A DNA stretch of 63,035 nucleotides, filler included, from Octopus bimaculoides (Eukaryota): NCBI RefSeq assembly GCF_001194135.2. It is 6 parts of 6 records of this genome, joined end to end, with 100 filler letters (N's around TTAATTAATTAA, not from the genome) between each part and the next. Parts side by side here need not be neighbours in the genome. Positions count along the whole stretch, not along the records: positions 28,634 to 45,929 come from NC_069006.1; positions 46,030 to 56,078 come from NC_068984.1; 4 more parts are not named here. One strand, given 5' to 3'. Shown here piece by piece: positions 39,580 through 51,315 of the stretch. The notes under the pieces are model-generated. The model was given only the letters and a program-made list of their open reading frames with translations. It was not told where the DNA came from and searched no databases. Every line of letters starts with the position of its first letter. Position 1 is the first letter of the stretch. Both the position numbers and the translations under genes were made by a program.

Positions 39580-40135
39580 CTCTTGTCCTTTATCAACAAA
39601 AGTCTTTTTAATAACCACAAGTTCCGCCAAAAGTTGTTCAACTAAACAACGTAAAAATAAGCTACCGCTGTTTACTCTTTATCAACAAAAGTTTTAATAG
39701 CCATAAATTCGGCCAGTATTTGTTAAACAAAGGCAATGTTATGGTGAGCTACCGCTGCCTTCTCCTTATCAACAAAAGTTTTCTTTATATCTACAAGTTC
39801 GGCCATATGTTGTTCAACAAAAACAATACAGCTCTTTACCATTTATCACAAAAGTTTTCGTGATAGCCAAAAAATTGAGCTAGTAGTTGTTAAAGAAACA
39901 AGCGTCATAGTGAGTTACAACTGTTTTCCCTTTATGAAGAAAAGTTTTGTTAACAGCCACAAGTTCTGCTGTAAGTTGTTCAACAAGATCAACATAAAGG
40001 TGAGCTACAACTGTTTACTCTTTATTAACAAAATTTTCTTAATAGCCGCAAGTTCCTCCACAATTTGTTCAACGAAAGTAATGTAAAAGTACAGTTGCCT
40101 CTCTTTTACTAAGAAAGGTTTTCTTAATTACCTCA
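39580..40135. repeat. Degenerate 77-90-bp tandem repeat, about 7 copies
   Basis: tttatcaacaaaagtt-like anchor recurs at 39591, 39680, 39767, 39844, 39933, 40023 and 40107. Confidence 0.85.
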
Positions 40136-40412
40136 AGTCTCCCTTGATTTTCCGAGTAAAAATAGTCCTTTCCCATTGAAGTCGAGAGGGGATGTTCTTC
40201 CATAACTTTACCCCCCCCCCCCCAAATTATTTCTATTGTTGTTCATGATGGCGAAGTTTGTGGTAGTTGTTGATCTAGTTGTTGCTTACAATTACTTCTG
40301 GTTCTGTTGGTTATTGTTGTTATCATTGTATATGATGATGATAATGATGATGATGATGATGATGAGGATGCTGGGGGTGGGAGGTTGCTTTGTTTTGCTG
40401 CTGCTGTCGTTC

Positions 40413-40490
40413 TCAACTGCCAAGGTATTCGTATATGAAGAGTTCAACAGAGGAACGGAAGAGGTCACCGTAGAGCACAATGAACACATT
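40413..40490 (-). CDS. Candidate terminal exon (NVFIVLYGDLFRSSVELFIYEYLGS*)
   Basis: gtgtctAG acceptor on the minus strand and 26 codons to TGA; the plus strand also reads open (VFVYEEFNRGTEEVTVEHNEHILD), so the strand is ambiguous. Confidence 0.15.
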   Translation of the reverse strand, partial: NVFIVLYGDLFRSSVELFIYEYLGS

Positions 40491-40539
40491 CTAGACACGT
40501 TTTACGCCTATCAAATATTTAGAACATGTACGTATTACG

Positions 40540-40584
<45 letters not shown>

Positions 40585-41679
40585 ATACACATATACACAA
40601 ATATATATATACATATATATATATATCTAAATATGCAAACATATACATATATANNNNNNNNNNNNNNNNNNNNNNNNNNNNNNNNNNNNNNNNNNNNNNN
40701 NNNNNNNNNNNNNNNNNNNNNNNNNNNNNNNNNNNNNNNNNNNNNNNNNNNNNNNNNNNNNNNNNNNNNNNNNNNNNNNNNNNNNNNNNNNNNNNNNNNN
40801 NNNNNNNNNNNNNNNNNNNNNNNNNNNNNNNNNNNNNNNNNNNNNNNNNNNNNNNNNNNNNNNNNNNNNNNNNNNNNNNNNNNNNNNNNNNNNNNNNNNN
40901 NNNNNNNNNNNNNNNNNNNNNNNNNNNNNNNNNNNNNNNNNNNNNNNNNNNNNNNNNNNNNNNNNNNNNNNNNNNNNNNNNNNNNNNNNNNNNNNNNNNN
41001 NNNNNNNNNNNNNNNNNNNNNNNNNNNNNNNNNNNNTATATATATATATGTATGTATGTATGTATCTATGTATGTATGTATGTATGTATGTATGTTTGTT
41101 TGTTTGTTTGTTTACCAACTTCCCATACAACATCGACTCCCTACTGGTTAAGCAGTTTAACATTTCTGAAGAAAACGAATAACAAAGAAAGAACGAAAGA
41201 AACAATGAACAAACGAAAGGAAAGATTTAGGAATATTTGTCGTCTCAGTCGGGAGTGAGAGAAAGCGCAATTCGATCTCGGTTCCATCGCGTTATAAACC
41301 AACCGTTTTTTGTTATTTCTACTTCATTATAGAAGCAACGGACGTAACACTGATGTGCTTCTCGTACTACCGTGTTCTCGTATATAAGCGTATGTTTGCA
41401 TGTGTCTCTGTATATGTGCGTGTATGTGTGTGTATATATGCATGTGTGCGTGTGTGTATACATAACTACACTCATATACAAACGTGGTCCCTCTAACGGT
41501 TACATCTATTACAAGGGAGTTAACCAAATTGTAGTACGTAGTAGGATCTTTCTATGTATGCGTGCCCTTTTTAATGTGTGTATGTGTGTGTGTGTGTACA
41601 CACACACATACAGACAGACACACATATATGTATATATAGTTGAAATTTAAAGAAAAACGAGAGACGAAAACAGGTGCAT

Positions 41680-41760
41680 AAACAACAAGCAGGTGTATTA
41701 GTTTGACGCTCTTCAAGGTGAGAAAGTCTTTTACGTTTCGAGCCTACGCCCTTCAACAGA
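41680..41760 (-). mobile_element. Penelope pLTR-like fragment with variant minimal hammerhead
   Basis: CTGTTGA A GGGC-gtag-GCTC GAAA CG TA aaagac; A6 is replaced by U and the 5' strand of stem I is missing. Confidence 0.5.
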
Positions 41761-42168
41761 TTTTTCAGTTTGCTTAAGAGTCTTTTAGATCTGATGAAGT
41801 GATTTTCTTTTGATTTTTCGGACCTTTCCTCGTCATATAAGACTATATCTGATGTCTTTGTGGACAACATTTCTGACTGTTCCTTCTGACACATGGAGAT
41901 CTTTAGCAGTTGACCTCATGGATTTTCTGGGATTGTAATCAATGGTCTGTTGAACTTGCTGGATAAATACAGGCGCTCTGATGATTTCAGAGCGTTTAGA
42001 ATGCATTTTTTTTTGCTTTGATACTGGTGATACGTTTCCATCTTCAGTCTCTAGCTCCTTAAAAACTTTGTTGACGAAAGATCTGGCAACTTTTAAAAAA
42101 TCGAGATATTTCTAAATCGCTATAACCACAATAACAGCACGCCTCTTCATTTCTTGTGTAAGCTGAGG
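41761..42168 (-). mobile_element. Tc1/mariner transposase N-terminal remnant (probably the same clade as 5760-6400 and 26848-27709)
   Basis: PQLTQEMKRRAVIV..FLKVARSFVNKVFKELETEDGNVSPVSK..HSKRSEIIRAPVFIQQVQQTIDYNPRKSMRSTAKDLHVSEGTVRNVVHKDIRY. Confidence 0.85.
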
Positions 42169-42179
42169 GNNNNNNNNNN

Positions 42180-42223
<44 letters not shown>

Positions 42224-42761
42224 ATATGTGTGTGTATGTATGTATGTATGTATATATGTATGTATACACAAACATATATATACGTGTATTTATGTATACG
42301 TACATGTATGTATGCATGTATGTAAATTCATCAATGTATGTGTGTGTGTGTATTCAAATTCATTTGTAAGCAGTTTCACACCAAACCCTTTCTTTCTCTT
42401 TATATAACTGACTGTAAGGAATATCTAGAATATCTATGACAACAACGAGATGATTAGAGGAAATTCATCAAATTGTCTGCGACATGTTGGACTGCAAGCA
42501 AGCAGATAACGTAAACTGCGAGAGCTTTCAACGAAATTGTTTTGTTTTCGCCTCTCCTCCCTTTGTCAGTCAAGCTTATCTGTAGTTACCGTTTACATTT
42601 TCTTTATTTCGTATAATCAGCAGACACTTTCTTGGTGACATCAGACAGATAAACCAGTCATTTCCACTAACGCAGGAACATTTCACTGCCTTCTGTCGCC
42701 TCTTTTTAAAAAAATTTTTATCAGTCCTGCCAGCAAAATATTTATTGTTATATAGCGTTCT

Positions 42762-43266
42762 AAGGCAGCGAGCTGGCAGAATCGTTTGCACGTCGGCCAT
42801 TTGTACGTCTTTATGTTCTGAGTTTAAATGCCACCAAATTCGATTTTGTCTTTCACCCTCTCGGGCTCGGTGAAATAGGCACCATTAATCAACTTATCCT
42901 TCCCCCGAGATTGCTGGCCATGTACCAAAATTTGAAACCAATATTATTATTATTGTTAAAAGTGGTGAACTGACAGAATCATTAGAGCGTCGGATAAAAT
43001 GCTTAGCGGTATTTCGTCTGTCTTTACGTTCTGAGTTCAAATTCCGCCGTGGTCGACATTGCCTTCCGTCTTTTCCAAGTCGATGAAATAAGTACCGGTT
43101 GAGTACTGGGATCTAGGTAATCGACTACCACCCACCCCTGAAATTGCTGGCCTTGTGCTAAAATTTGAAACCATTATATACTCTGCCAAGGTGACGAGCT
43201 GGCATAATCGTTAGCACGCCGGGCAAAATACTTAGCGGCATTTCGTTCGTCTTAACGTTCTGGGTT
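42762..43266 (+). mobile_element. Three head-to-tail SINE family C copies (third truncated)
   Basis: Heads ggcagcgagctggcagaatcg (42764), gtggtgaactgacagaatc (42962) and ggtgacgagctggcataatcg (43191); tails aaatttgaaacc. Confidence 0.85.
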
Positions 43267-43399
43267 CAGTAGATGACCAAGATGTCTAACCTTTGTCTCA
43301 TCTTGCTCTCTCCACTCCACAATGCGTTGCTGTGGCCGCCTTCCTTTCCGTAGAACCATGAAGGTCTCTTCCATAGAGTCTACCAGATCCAGTCTTCAC

Positions 43400-43448
43400 A
43401 TGGGTTAATTAGCATATTAGGCAAACCCTAATATGCTAATTAACCCAT
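43400..43448. repeat. Perfect 22-bp inverted repeat with 5-nt loop
   Basis: atgggttaattagcatattagg caaac cctaatatgctaattaacccat. Confidence 0.95.
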
Positions 43449-44128
43449 AACTGGCACCCTACGCCGAGTCAGAGTAGGCTTGGGAACAATAGTGACCAAG
43501 AGGTGGATCCATACTCCTCAAAACCCTAAAACTCCCGATCCAGGGCCCCACAACTGGAGGCAGTTTAAAATCATGCCCAGGACAGGGAACGAAGAAAGGA
43601 CGTTCGATCGATGTTTTATGATGTGTGTGTGTGTGTATGTGTGTGTGTGTGCATGCGTGTGTATGTGTGTGAGTATATGAGCGTGTATGTGAGTGTGCAT
43701 TTTAAAGTACAGAGTTACAGCGGTTCTTTCACAGCAATTCTATAACTCAGCAGACTTGCACATCAAGATCGTTCTATCACCTTTCATCCTATCATTTACC
43801 TTGCTAAATGTCAATGAATTTAAGCAGAAGTTCATTCCACTTTCATGACTAAGTTATCACCTTAGTGTCTCTTCTGTCGCTCCTTAACAGCGATCACTTA
43901 AGAATAAACAGGGTGGACTGATATATATAATCCAAAAACCTTGGACGTCGACATTGTCTTATCATTTATCATCCTATCCTTTATTTTACTAAATGCCAAC
44001 GAATCAAAGCGGTTATTCTTTTCTGTTTCGTTGGTTAAATCTCACCCCATTGTGTTCCGTCGCTCCTTTACACTAACCAATATTTATTGAGTATTAATCA
44101 TATTAATTTGTGTTGCTGTTTCTTTCAG

Positions 44129-44236
44129 TGATTCTAAATCCGGATTAAAAAAAGAAAATAAATCAAGAAACACCACAGCAACCTCGTCTGACGTGTTCAT
44201 CAGGCGAGCTGACACAGCTCTTGTAATATATGTGAT
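44129..44236 (+). CDS. Candidate 108-nt symmetric (phase 2-2) exon
   Basis: gttgctgtttctttcAG acceptor; DSKSGLKKENKSRNTTATSSDVFIRRADTALVIYV; donor at|GTAAGC. Confidence 0.2.
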
Positions 44237-44672
44237 GTAAGCACTAATTTAATGTTGTGAAAAGATTAATTTCTGTCACACGGCAAACAAACGGAAGGTA
44301 AGGGTGACCGTATCATGCGTGATTCAGAGAAGTGGTGATAGGGAACGAAGAAAGGCGGTTCAACCGATATTTTATGATGTTTAAAGAAGATAACAACTTT
44401 TGGTCACTTTGGTCCTTTGTAGTTTATGTTAGGTTATGTTAGGTTAGGGATAGACTAGTTAGTATATTGTGCGTGTGTGTGTGTGTGTGTGTGCATATGA
44501 GTATGTGTGTGAGCCTGCACTTTAAAGTAATTTAAATAATACACACACACACACACACACACACATACATATATAATAATCAAAGATAAAATCTTTATAA
44601 GATTTTGTCGAGTATCCAGTACGAATTAAACCATATAGGTAACAATTAATACAAGTATATATAATTATATAA

Positions 44673-44711
<39 letters not shown>

Positions 44712-45027
44712 GGGCACTAATGAAAAGCGCCACGTGCGAGAAATAGATGCCAAATGGCTCTAAAGACTACAATTATTTACTCCATTAGCACGGAGTGAAA
44801 GCGAGGAAAGTGAATAAAAAAGATAAAAAAAAAGTTTAACCATAAATCGATTTGTAATTTAGAGATGTAAAATCTTCTAATCTTCTAATCTTCATCATTA
44901 TGGTATGACAAATTGTACATAATTATAAACATTTATACATACCAATACGAATAACTTGTATTCATAAGCATATATACAAATGTTCACATTTATGTAGAGC
45001 TAAATCTAATTCGATTCCAGGCAGTGA

Positions 45028-45098
<71 letters not shown>

Positions 45099-45099
45099 G

Positions 45100-45265
45100 C
45101 AACAACAACATCGAAAAATACCTTAGGAATGAGAACCCAGGTTCGAAATTTTCCCAAGACACCTGATGAAGGCTGGAGGGTATATCAGCCGAAAACTTGT
45201 GTTAAGAACAAACAAGATGAGGATAAATATCTATCAATTGTAAATAATGTAAATAATGGAGACTG
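45100..45265 (+). mobile_element. Penelope pLTR-like repeat following (AAT)n, carrying a minimal hammerhead
   Basis: GACAC CTGATGA a GGCTG-gagggtatat-CAGCC GAAA ac TT GTGTT at 45158-45203. Confidence 0.7.
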
Positions 45266-45372
45266 GCAGAATCGTTTCATGATGTGGTTTACATGGATGA
45301 AAAAATAAACATGCTACAAGCGGAAGCTAAAAGAACCGAAAATTTCTTGTTAGGGGGAATATTGGTTGGAGG

Positions 45373-45540
45373 CAGGGCCGGCTCAAGATATCGGCAACTA
45401 CGGCAGTCGCCTGAGACGCCATGTGCCTTTTACTCTACATTTTCAGTTTTTTCTCCTTGTGAAAGTTTTAAAAAGTTTAAATTGTTAGGGCGCCGAAGTT
45501 CAGCTTTCCCGGGACATCAGTAACCCTAGGGCTGGCCCTG
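45373..45540. mobile_element. hAT-type MITE, 168 bp
   Basis: TIRs cagggccggctc / gggctggccctg (10/12 match); 8-bp TSD gttggagg vs gttggatg (7/8 match). Confidence 0.8.
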
Positions 45541-46919
45541 GTTGGATGAATCAACAATTGTTGCCAGTACCGTTGGAAGGAGTGGTATTGGCAACAGGTA
45601 TTGATATTGTAATGACTAGCTAAGTTCGTAGCTAAGAGACGGGAATGTCGCGCTATGCAAGATTCATGCAGAAGATATGAAAATATCATTGTTCTTGTGT
45701 CATAATAAATGAATAGTTTTATTAAGTAGAAATATATTATGTATCATTATTTGCTTAGTAGAATGAATTAATGTGATTTTTCGTTTAAACGAAATGAAAT
45801 GATTCAATCGTTGATTAATGGTGACATTATCTTGTAAAATCACGTAAAAATGTCATAAGTATGTGTGTGCGCGTAGATATATGTATGTGTATGAATATAT
45901 ATATATATATGTATGTATATATATATATANNNNNNNNNNNNNNNNNNNNNNNNNNNNNNNNNNNNNNNNNNNNTTAATTAATTAANNNNNNNNNNNNNNN
46001 NNNNNNNNNNNNNNNNNNNNNNNNNNNNNTATATATAAAGGCATTAATGTCAATAAACAAATTAGATATATTAAATGTAACAGTTTGATTGTGGCTTCAT
46101 TTATCCAATGTTGATTGCTTCCGTTACGGCTCACATATTGTAATAAACTACATCTACCAACATTATGATGGATCTCCAAACCCCCAGAAACAGCTGTTCG
46201 ACTTATAACACCTTTCCTCCTCCCCTTTAATTTTCTCTGTCATATGTACTCTGTGTAAGTTGAATCTATTAATGTAAATATCTGTATATTTATACTTAAA
46301 TATTTATCATCTGATAATCTCCACTTTTAACTTTCTCTCATTTTGCATATATACATATATAACACATTTTGTATTTCATACTCAAGCTGTTATATTTATC
46401 ATAGCTAATTAGTTTATCCACATAACTGCCCCCATATCTGATCAATTTGATCCCTCTTATAGCCACTCTTTACCCTGAGGAATTAATCCTCTGTAAAAAT
46501 GCCAAAGTCTAAGTTTGGATCATATGAGCACTAAGTGTCTTCTATACTGAGAATTTCTAGATCTCATCTGTTGACTGTATATGTGTGTCTGTATGTGTAT
46601 TCATTAAATACATTCATGCCTTCATTGTACTTAATTAACACAGGGGGAACAATTTTAGGAGAATCAATTAGTTTTTTACTGTTTATTACTTTCTCCCCAC
46701 CCCCTCCGTCATCCTCTATCTTCCTTCCCATGTTCTTTCTCTTCCAGTGCCTTGCTTGAACTTTCCAGTTCCCTTTAGGGAAGTGTTAGCACCCACTTCA
46801 GGAATTCCTGATATAAGTACTACTTTGTTTTTATGCAAGCATGCATGTAACCGAGTGAAAAAAACACCAAATAAAGAGGCAATTTATGCCAGAAAACAAG
46901 TAAAAAAGCAATCTTTCAA

Positions 46920-47108
46920 TATGAGTCTCATAAATGTGAAAATCCACTGTTGATTGTTTGGCAATTTTGGTAAAGAATTTTTTTTTATTTACTTTTGTTT
47001 TCATGTCCTGTTGAAACTGACATTTGCCTTTGCAGTCCATGAGAGAGGTGACAATTGAAACACACAGTAGCACACACACACACGAGTGCTCATGCACATG
47101 CACAAACA

Positions 47109-47147
<39 letters not shown>

Positions 47148-47215
47148 ATTGACATTCATGACCATGAGTTGAATAGGGAAACATGCATACACATTCACTC
47201 ACAAATACACACACA
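46920..47215. repeat. ~300-bp repeat, inverted copy of 51195-51490
   Basis: cataaatgtgaaaatccactgttgattgtttggcaatt...catgtcctgttgaaactgacattt vs the reverse complement at 51380-51485. Confidence 0.85.
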
Positions 47216-47290
47216 GACACACATATATATATATATATATATATAAGCAATGTTAATTCTCTAAATGAAGTATTAACAGTAACTGCACAA

Positions 47291-48080
47291 TAAAGTGTAG
47301 TATGTTGCCACTTAAGTGTGGCTGACCCCTAGGGGTGGATGTTACTGTTGCTTTTAGCCCCAGGAGGACATNNNNNNNNNNNNNNNNNNNNNNNNNNNNN
47401 NNNNNNNNNNNNNNNNNNNNNNNNNNNNNNNNNNNNNNNNNNNNNNNNNNNNNNNNNNNNNNNNNNNNNNNNNNNNNNNNNNNNNNNNNNNNNNNNNNNN
47501 NNNNNNNNNNNNNNNNNNNNNNNNNNNNNNNNNNNNNNNNNNNNNNNNNNNNNNNNNNNNNNNNNNNNNNNNNNNNNNNNNNNNNNNNNNNNNNNNNNNN
47601 NNNNNNNNNNNNNNNNNNNNNNNNNNNNNNNNNNNNNNNNNNNNNNNNNNNNNNNNNNNNNNNNNNNNNNNNNNNNNNNNNNNNNNNNNNNNNNNNNNNN
47701 NNNNNNNNNNNNNNNNNNNNNNNNNNNNNNNNNNNNNNNNNNNNNNNNNNNNNNNNNNNNNNNNNNNAATTAACATTGCTTGTTTTCACCTTTTCGATAT
47801 CAGTGAAGAAATTCACTGGAAAAGAAGATATAAGATTGCCAGGTTTTTGTCTCTCTCGCCAAGGTCAGTAGCTATCGAACGCCGACGAAGGGAAATAACC
47901 CTGAAATCCGGATCCGTTCGTGCTGCAGATCGTGGTGAGAGGGATAACTTCCCTTGGCAAACAGGACACAGTCGTGTGTCGATAAGCCAGCTGGAGGAGA
48001 TGTCCTCCTGGGGCTAAAAGCAACAGTAACATCCACCCCTAGGGGTCAGCCACACTTAAGTGGCAACATACTACACTTTA
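47291..48080 (+). mobile_element. Element E2: 81-bp perfect inverted ends (left one abuts a gap) enclosing a hammerhead
   Basis: 47291-47371 is the exact reverse complement of 48000-48080; arms share gttactgttgcttttagccccagga with E1. Confidence 0.8.
47868..47926 (+). ncRNA. Type I hammerhead ribozyme with U4-to-C core change; predicted site AUC at 47914
   Basis: gtagc-tat-CGAACG CCGACGA AGGG-aaataa-CCCT GAAA TCCGGA TC CGTTCG-t-gctgc; palindromic stem III (ATCCGGAT). Confidence 0.8.
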
Positions 48081-48559
48081 TATATATATATATATATACA
48101 CATACATACACATACATAAAGCTGAACACACACTCTCTCTCACACACATACACCCATACAACTATCATCTTTCTTATACACTTACACACATAAATACATA
48201 TACATATATTTTTTTCTGTATATATGTATTTATGTATGTATGTACGTATGTATGTGTGTGTGTGTATGTAGATTTGCATGCATTTGTGTATATCTGTGTG
48301 ACTGCATATATACAATATGTATCTTTGTGTATGTATATGTATTTGTATGTATGTATTTATGTAACCCATGCCAGCATGGAAAGCGGATGTTAAACGACAA
48401 TGATGATGGTGATGTATGTACGCATTTAAGTATATGCATATATGTGTATGTACCCTCTGTATCAGTCAGTGGATGAAGTTCTTTTCTCACTCACCGCCAT
48501 TTTCTTTTCTTGTTTGTTTCTAAAGATACAGAAAATCGTTTACCTATTTATGATTATGT

Positions 48560-48790
48560 ATGTATGTATGTTGTGTTCTTGAGCAAAACACCTTATCTCA
48601 TATTACTCTGCAATCACTCCGATACCTGGCGTGTGGTACAATGTGCATTTGTTCAGGAAATATCGATTTGATGGAGTGAGTGAACTAATGTGTGGCACAA
48701 ACATTTGATCATTATAAACAAATCATTTGTGCAGGTCGTTTGGCAAAGGCTGTATGCTCATTCATTGTCTTCAACAGGAGCATCCATCAT
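48560..48790 (+). mobile_element. 5'-truncated SINE with CORE-like body
   Basis: Begins gttgtgttcttgagcaaaacaccttatctc, as in the body of families D and E. Confidence 0.5.
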
Positions 48791-48934
48791 CATGTATGCA
48801 TGTATGTATGTGTGTGCAAGTGTGTGTTTCACTATTCAGCAGACATGAAAGTCAATGTGTTGTGTGTGTGTGTGTGTGTGCATGCATACGTATGTATGTA
48901 TGTTTGGGATATATATTTGATAGTAGTTTACACA

Positions 48935-50525
48935 GCCTAAAAATGCTTGTAACAATATGATGTTCGTTTAGGAAGCATATTCCATACTGTTGTTGCCCTT
49001 GATAAGTCTGGCCTTCGTCCCCTTTTGTCAATTACTTGACCCAAATATTTGATTTTTTCCATCAAAATTCACTTTTCCTCTTTTAGTCTAAACCGCTATT
49101 CATTTATTTTTCCAAATACTTTTTTAATATGCTTTAAGTGTTGCTCCGCCGTCTCACTCTTTATCAAAATACCATCAAGATAAGTGATAGCTAAGTTGCA
49201 ATTATTTAATATTGTGTCCATCACTTATTGGAATATGGCAGGTGCCACTTTTACTCCAAAAGGAAGCTGCTTGAAATTATACAATCTATGCTGTGTGTTG
49301 ATTGTTAAAAGGTTTGTGCAATCTTCCTCTACCTGTATCTGTAGATAGGCCTCAGAGAGGTCTAACTTTGAGAAAATTTTTCTTCCATTGACCCAAATAT
49401 TTGATTATTTTTTTCTTTACATAAACCATTGGAGCTGGTCAGTCTGAACAGTCAACTTTTTCAATTATAGCTAGACTTTATAGTCTTTCTAGCTTTTTAT
49501 TGAGCTGGTCTAATGTCACAAATGGCACGTTCCATTTGGACCTAAAACCAGGTGTTGCCTTTTCTTTTGCCACATGCCTTACTTTTGTTTTAGTAAAACA
49601 GCCTAATCCTTCCAAAAACATTTGGAAACAATCTTTTAATATTTTGTCTCAGTTCTTCGACTTCATTCAAACTTTTAACCATACCAACTACATTTTCACA
49701 GAAAACACTAATGGAAGTATCCCACATTTTAAATAACTCCATGCAATCTGTGCCAAATAGGTGTAGTGATTTTTTTCAGCACATAAATGATTGTCCTTTT
49801 CGTTTCACCGCAAAAAGTTACATTGCAAATATATTTGCCGATGATGTATAATTTCTTTTCTGTAACACCATATGCTACTTTATTTGATTTAAATAATTTT
49901 GGCTTACGGATTCACCACCATGTTTCTTCCTTTATGATAGTGATGTCACTACCCATGTCTAATTGCATCAAAATGAAACACTAGTGGTTTCGATTCTCAC
50001 CTTTATGAATTTTCTGTTCATTGTACAAACTTTTCTCTCTGATGACAAACTATTTATTTTTTCTCGTTTGGTCCAATTTTTTTGTCATCTTAGTTCTGCA
50101 GTGCAATTTAATGTGTCTTGCATTCCCAAAATGAAAACATTTCACTTTTTTGAACAGACACTCTTTTCTCAGGTGCCTACCACCACATGCCTTACGTGGG
50201 TTTATCTCCTGATATATATCATGGTTTTTGTGAAACACTTTATCCATCTTCTAACTTTTTCACGCTGGTTTTATCTGTAAACAATCTCTGTGTTGGATTA
50301 CTTCTGTGTCGTGCTTATTTTTAATATCATATTGCACTCTTCTGATACTTTCTGGAGAATTGTATCCTGGTTCATTTACAGCTTTGCAAGAATTTTCATT
50401 TGGACTTCTCTGTCGTTTTTAGCAGTAAGTCTCTGAGCAAAAATCAGGCTTCTCAAAACCAAAAAGGAGAAAGCTGATTCAAAGACAACTGATCCAAGCC
50501 CTCACTGGAACTGTAAAACTTTCCA
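48935..50525 (-). mobile_element. Decayed Ty3/gypsy gag-protease-RT
   Basis: In order on the minus strand: LIFAQRLTAKNDREVQMKILAKL (gag), CGGRHLRKECLFKKVKCFHFGNARHIKLHC (zinc knuckle), MQLDMGSDITII (protease), LDLSEAYLQIQV..LPFGVKVAPAIFQ..YLDGILI (RT), YLGQVIDKRGRRPD. Confidence 0.9.
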
Positions 50526-51167
50526 GAAGTTTATCATTTAAGTATATATATTAGCATGCCTAGATATGTAAGTATATGCATGAGAATATATACATAAAAC
50601 AAAACATACACATCTGTACATATACCTACATACGAAACTACCCTGTTAATGCTTTTGAAATTCCAATGAAGGAGCCTTGGATCTAAGTTAGAAACCAGCT
50701 CCTTTTCTATTGGCAAAAAATTTTGAAATAAAACTAATTATGACATACATACATATATAATCGTAAAAAGGTAAACAATTTTCAGTATACTGAGAAACAA
50801 AGAAAAAATGATGATGAGAAACGAACCCCAGATGCTGACTGGTACTGAATGTGTGCATACACATACATGCATGTACTTACACATGCACAAACGTATATAC
50901 ATACACTTAAATACTTACACACAAATACATATACATACACAATAATACATATTGTATATACACACTCATGCAGATCTGCACATACACACGCAGATCTGCA
51001 TGCATACATACGTACGTACATACATACATACATACATACATACATACATACATACATACATACAAGACATATGTATAGTGTATGTATTTATGTATGTACA
51101 TGTATAAGAAAGACAATGGGTGTACATATGTGTCTGTGGGTGTGTTTGTGTGCGAGTATGTTCATCT

Positions 51168-51194
<27 letters not shown>

Positions 51195-51202
<8 letters not shown>

Positions 51203-51264
51203 TGAATGTGTGGCGAGTGTGTCTCACCACTCAGCTCATGGACGTGAAAGTAAATTTGTGTGTA

Positions 51265-51315
<51 letters not shown>

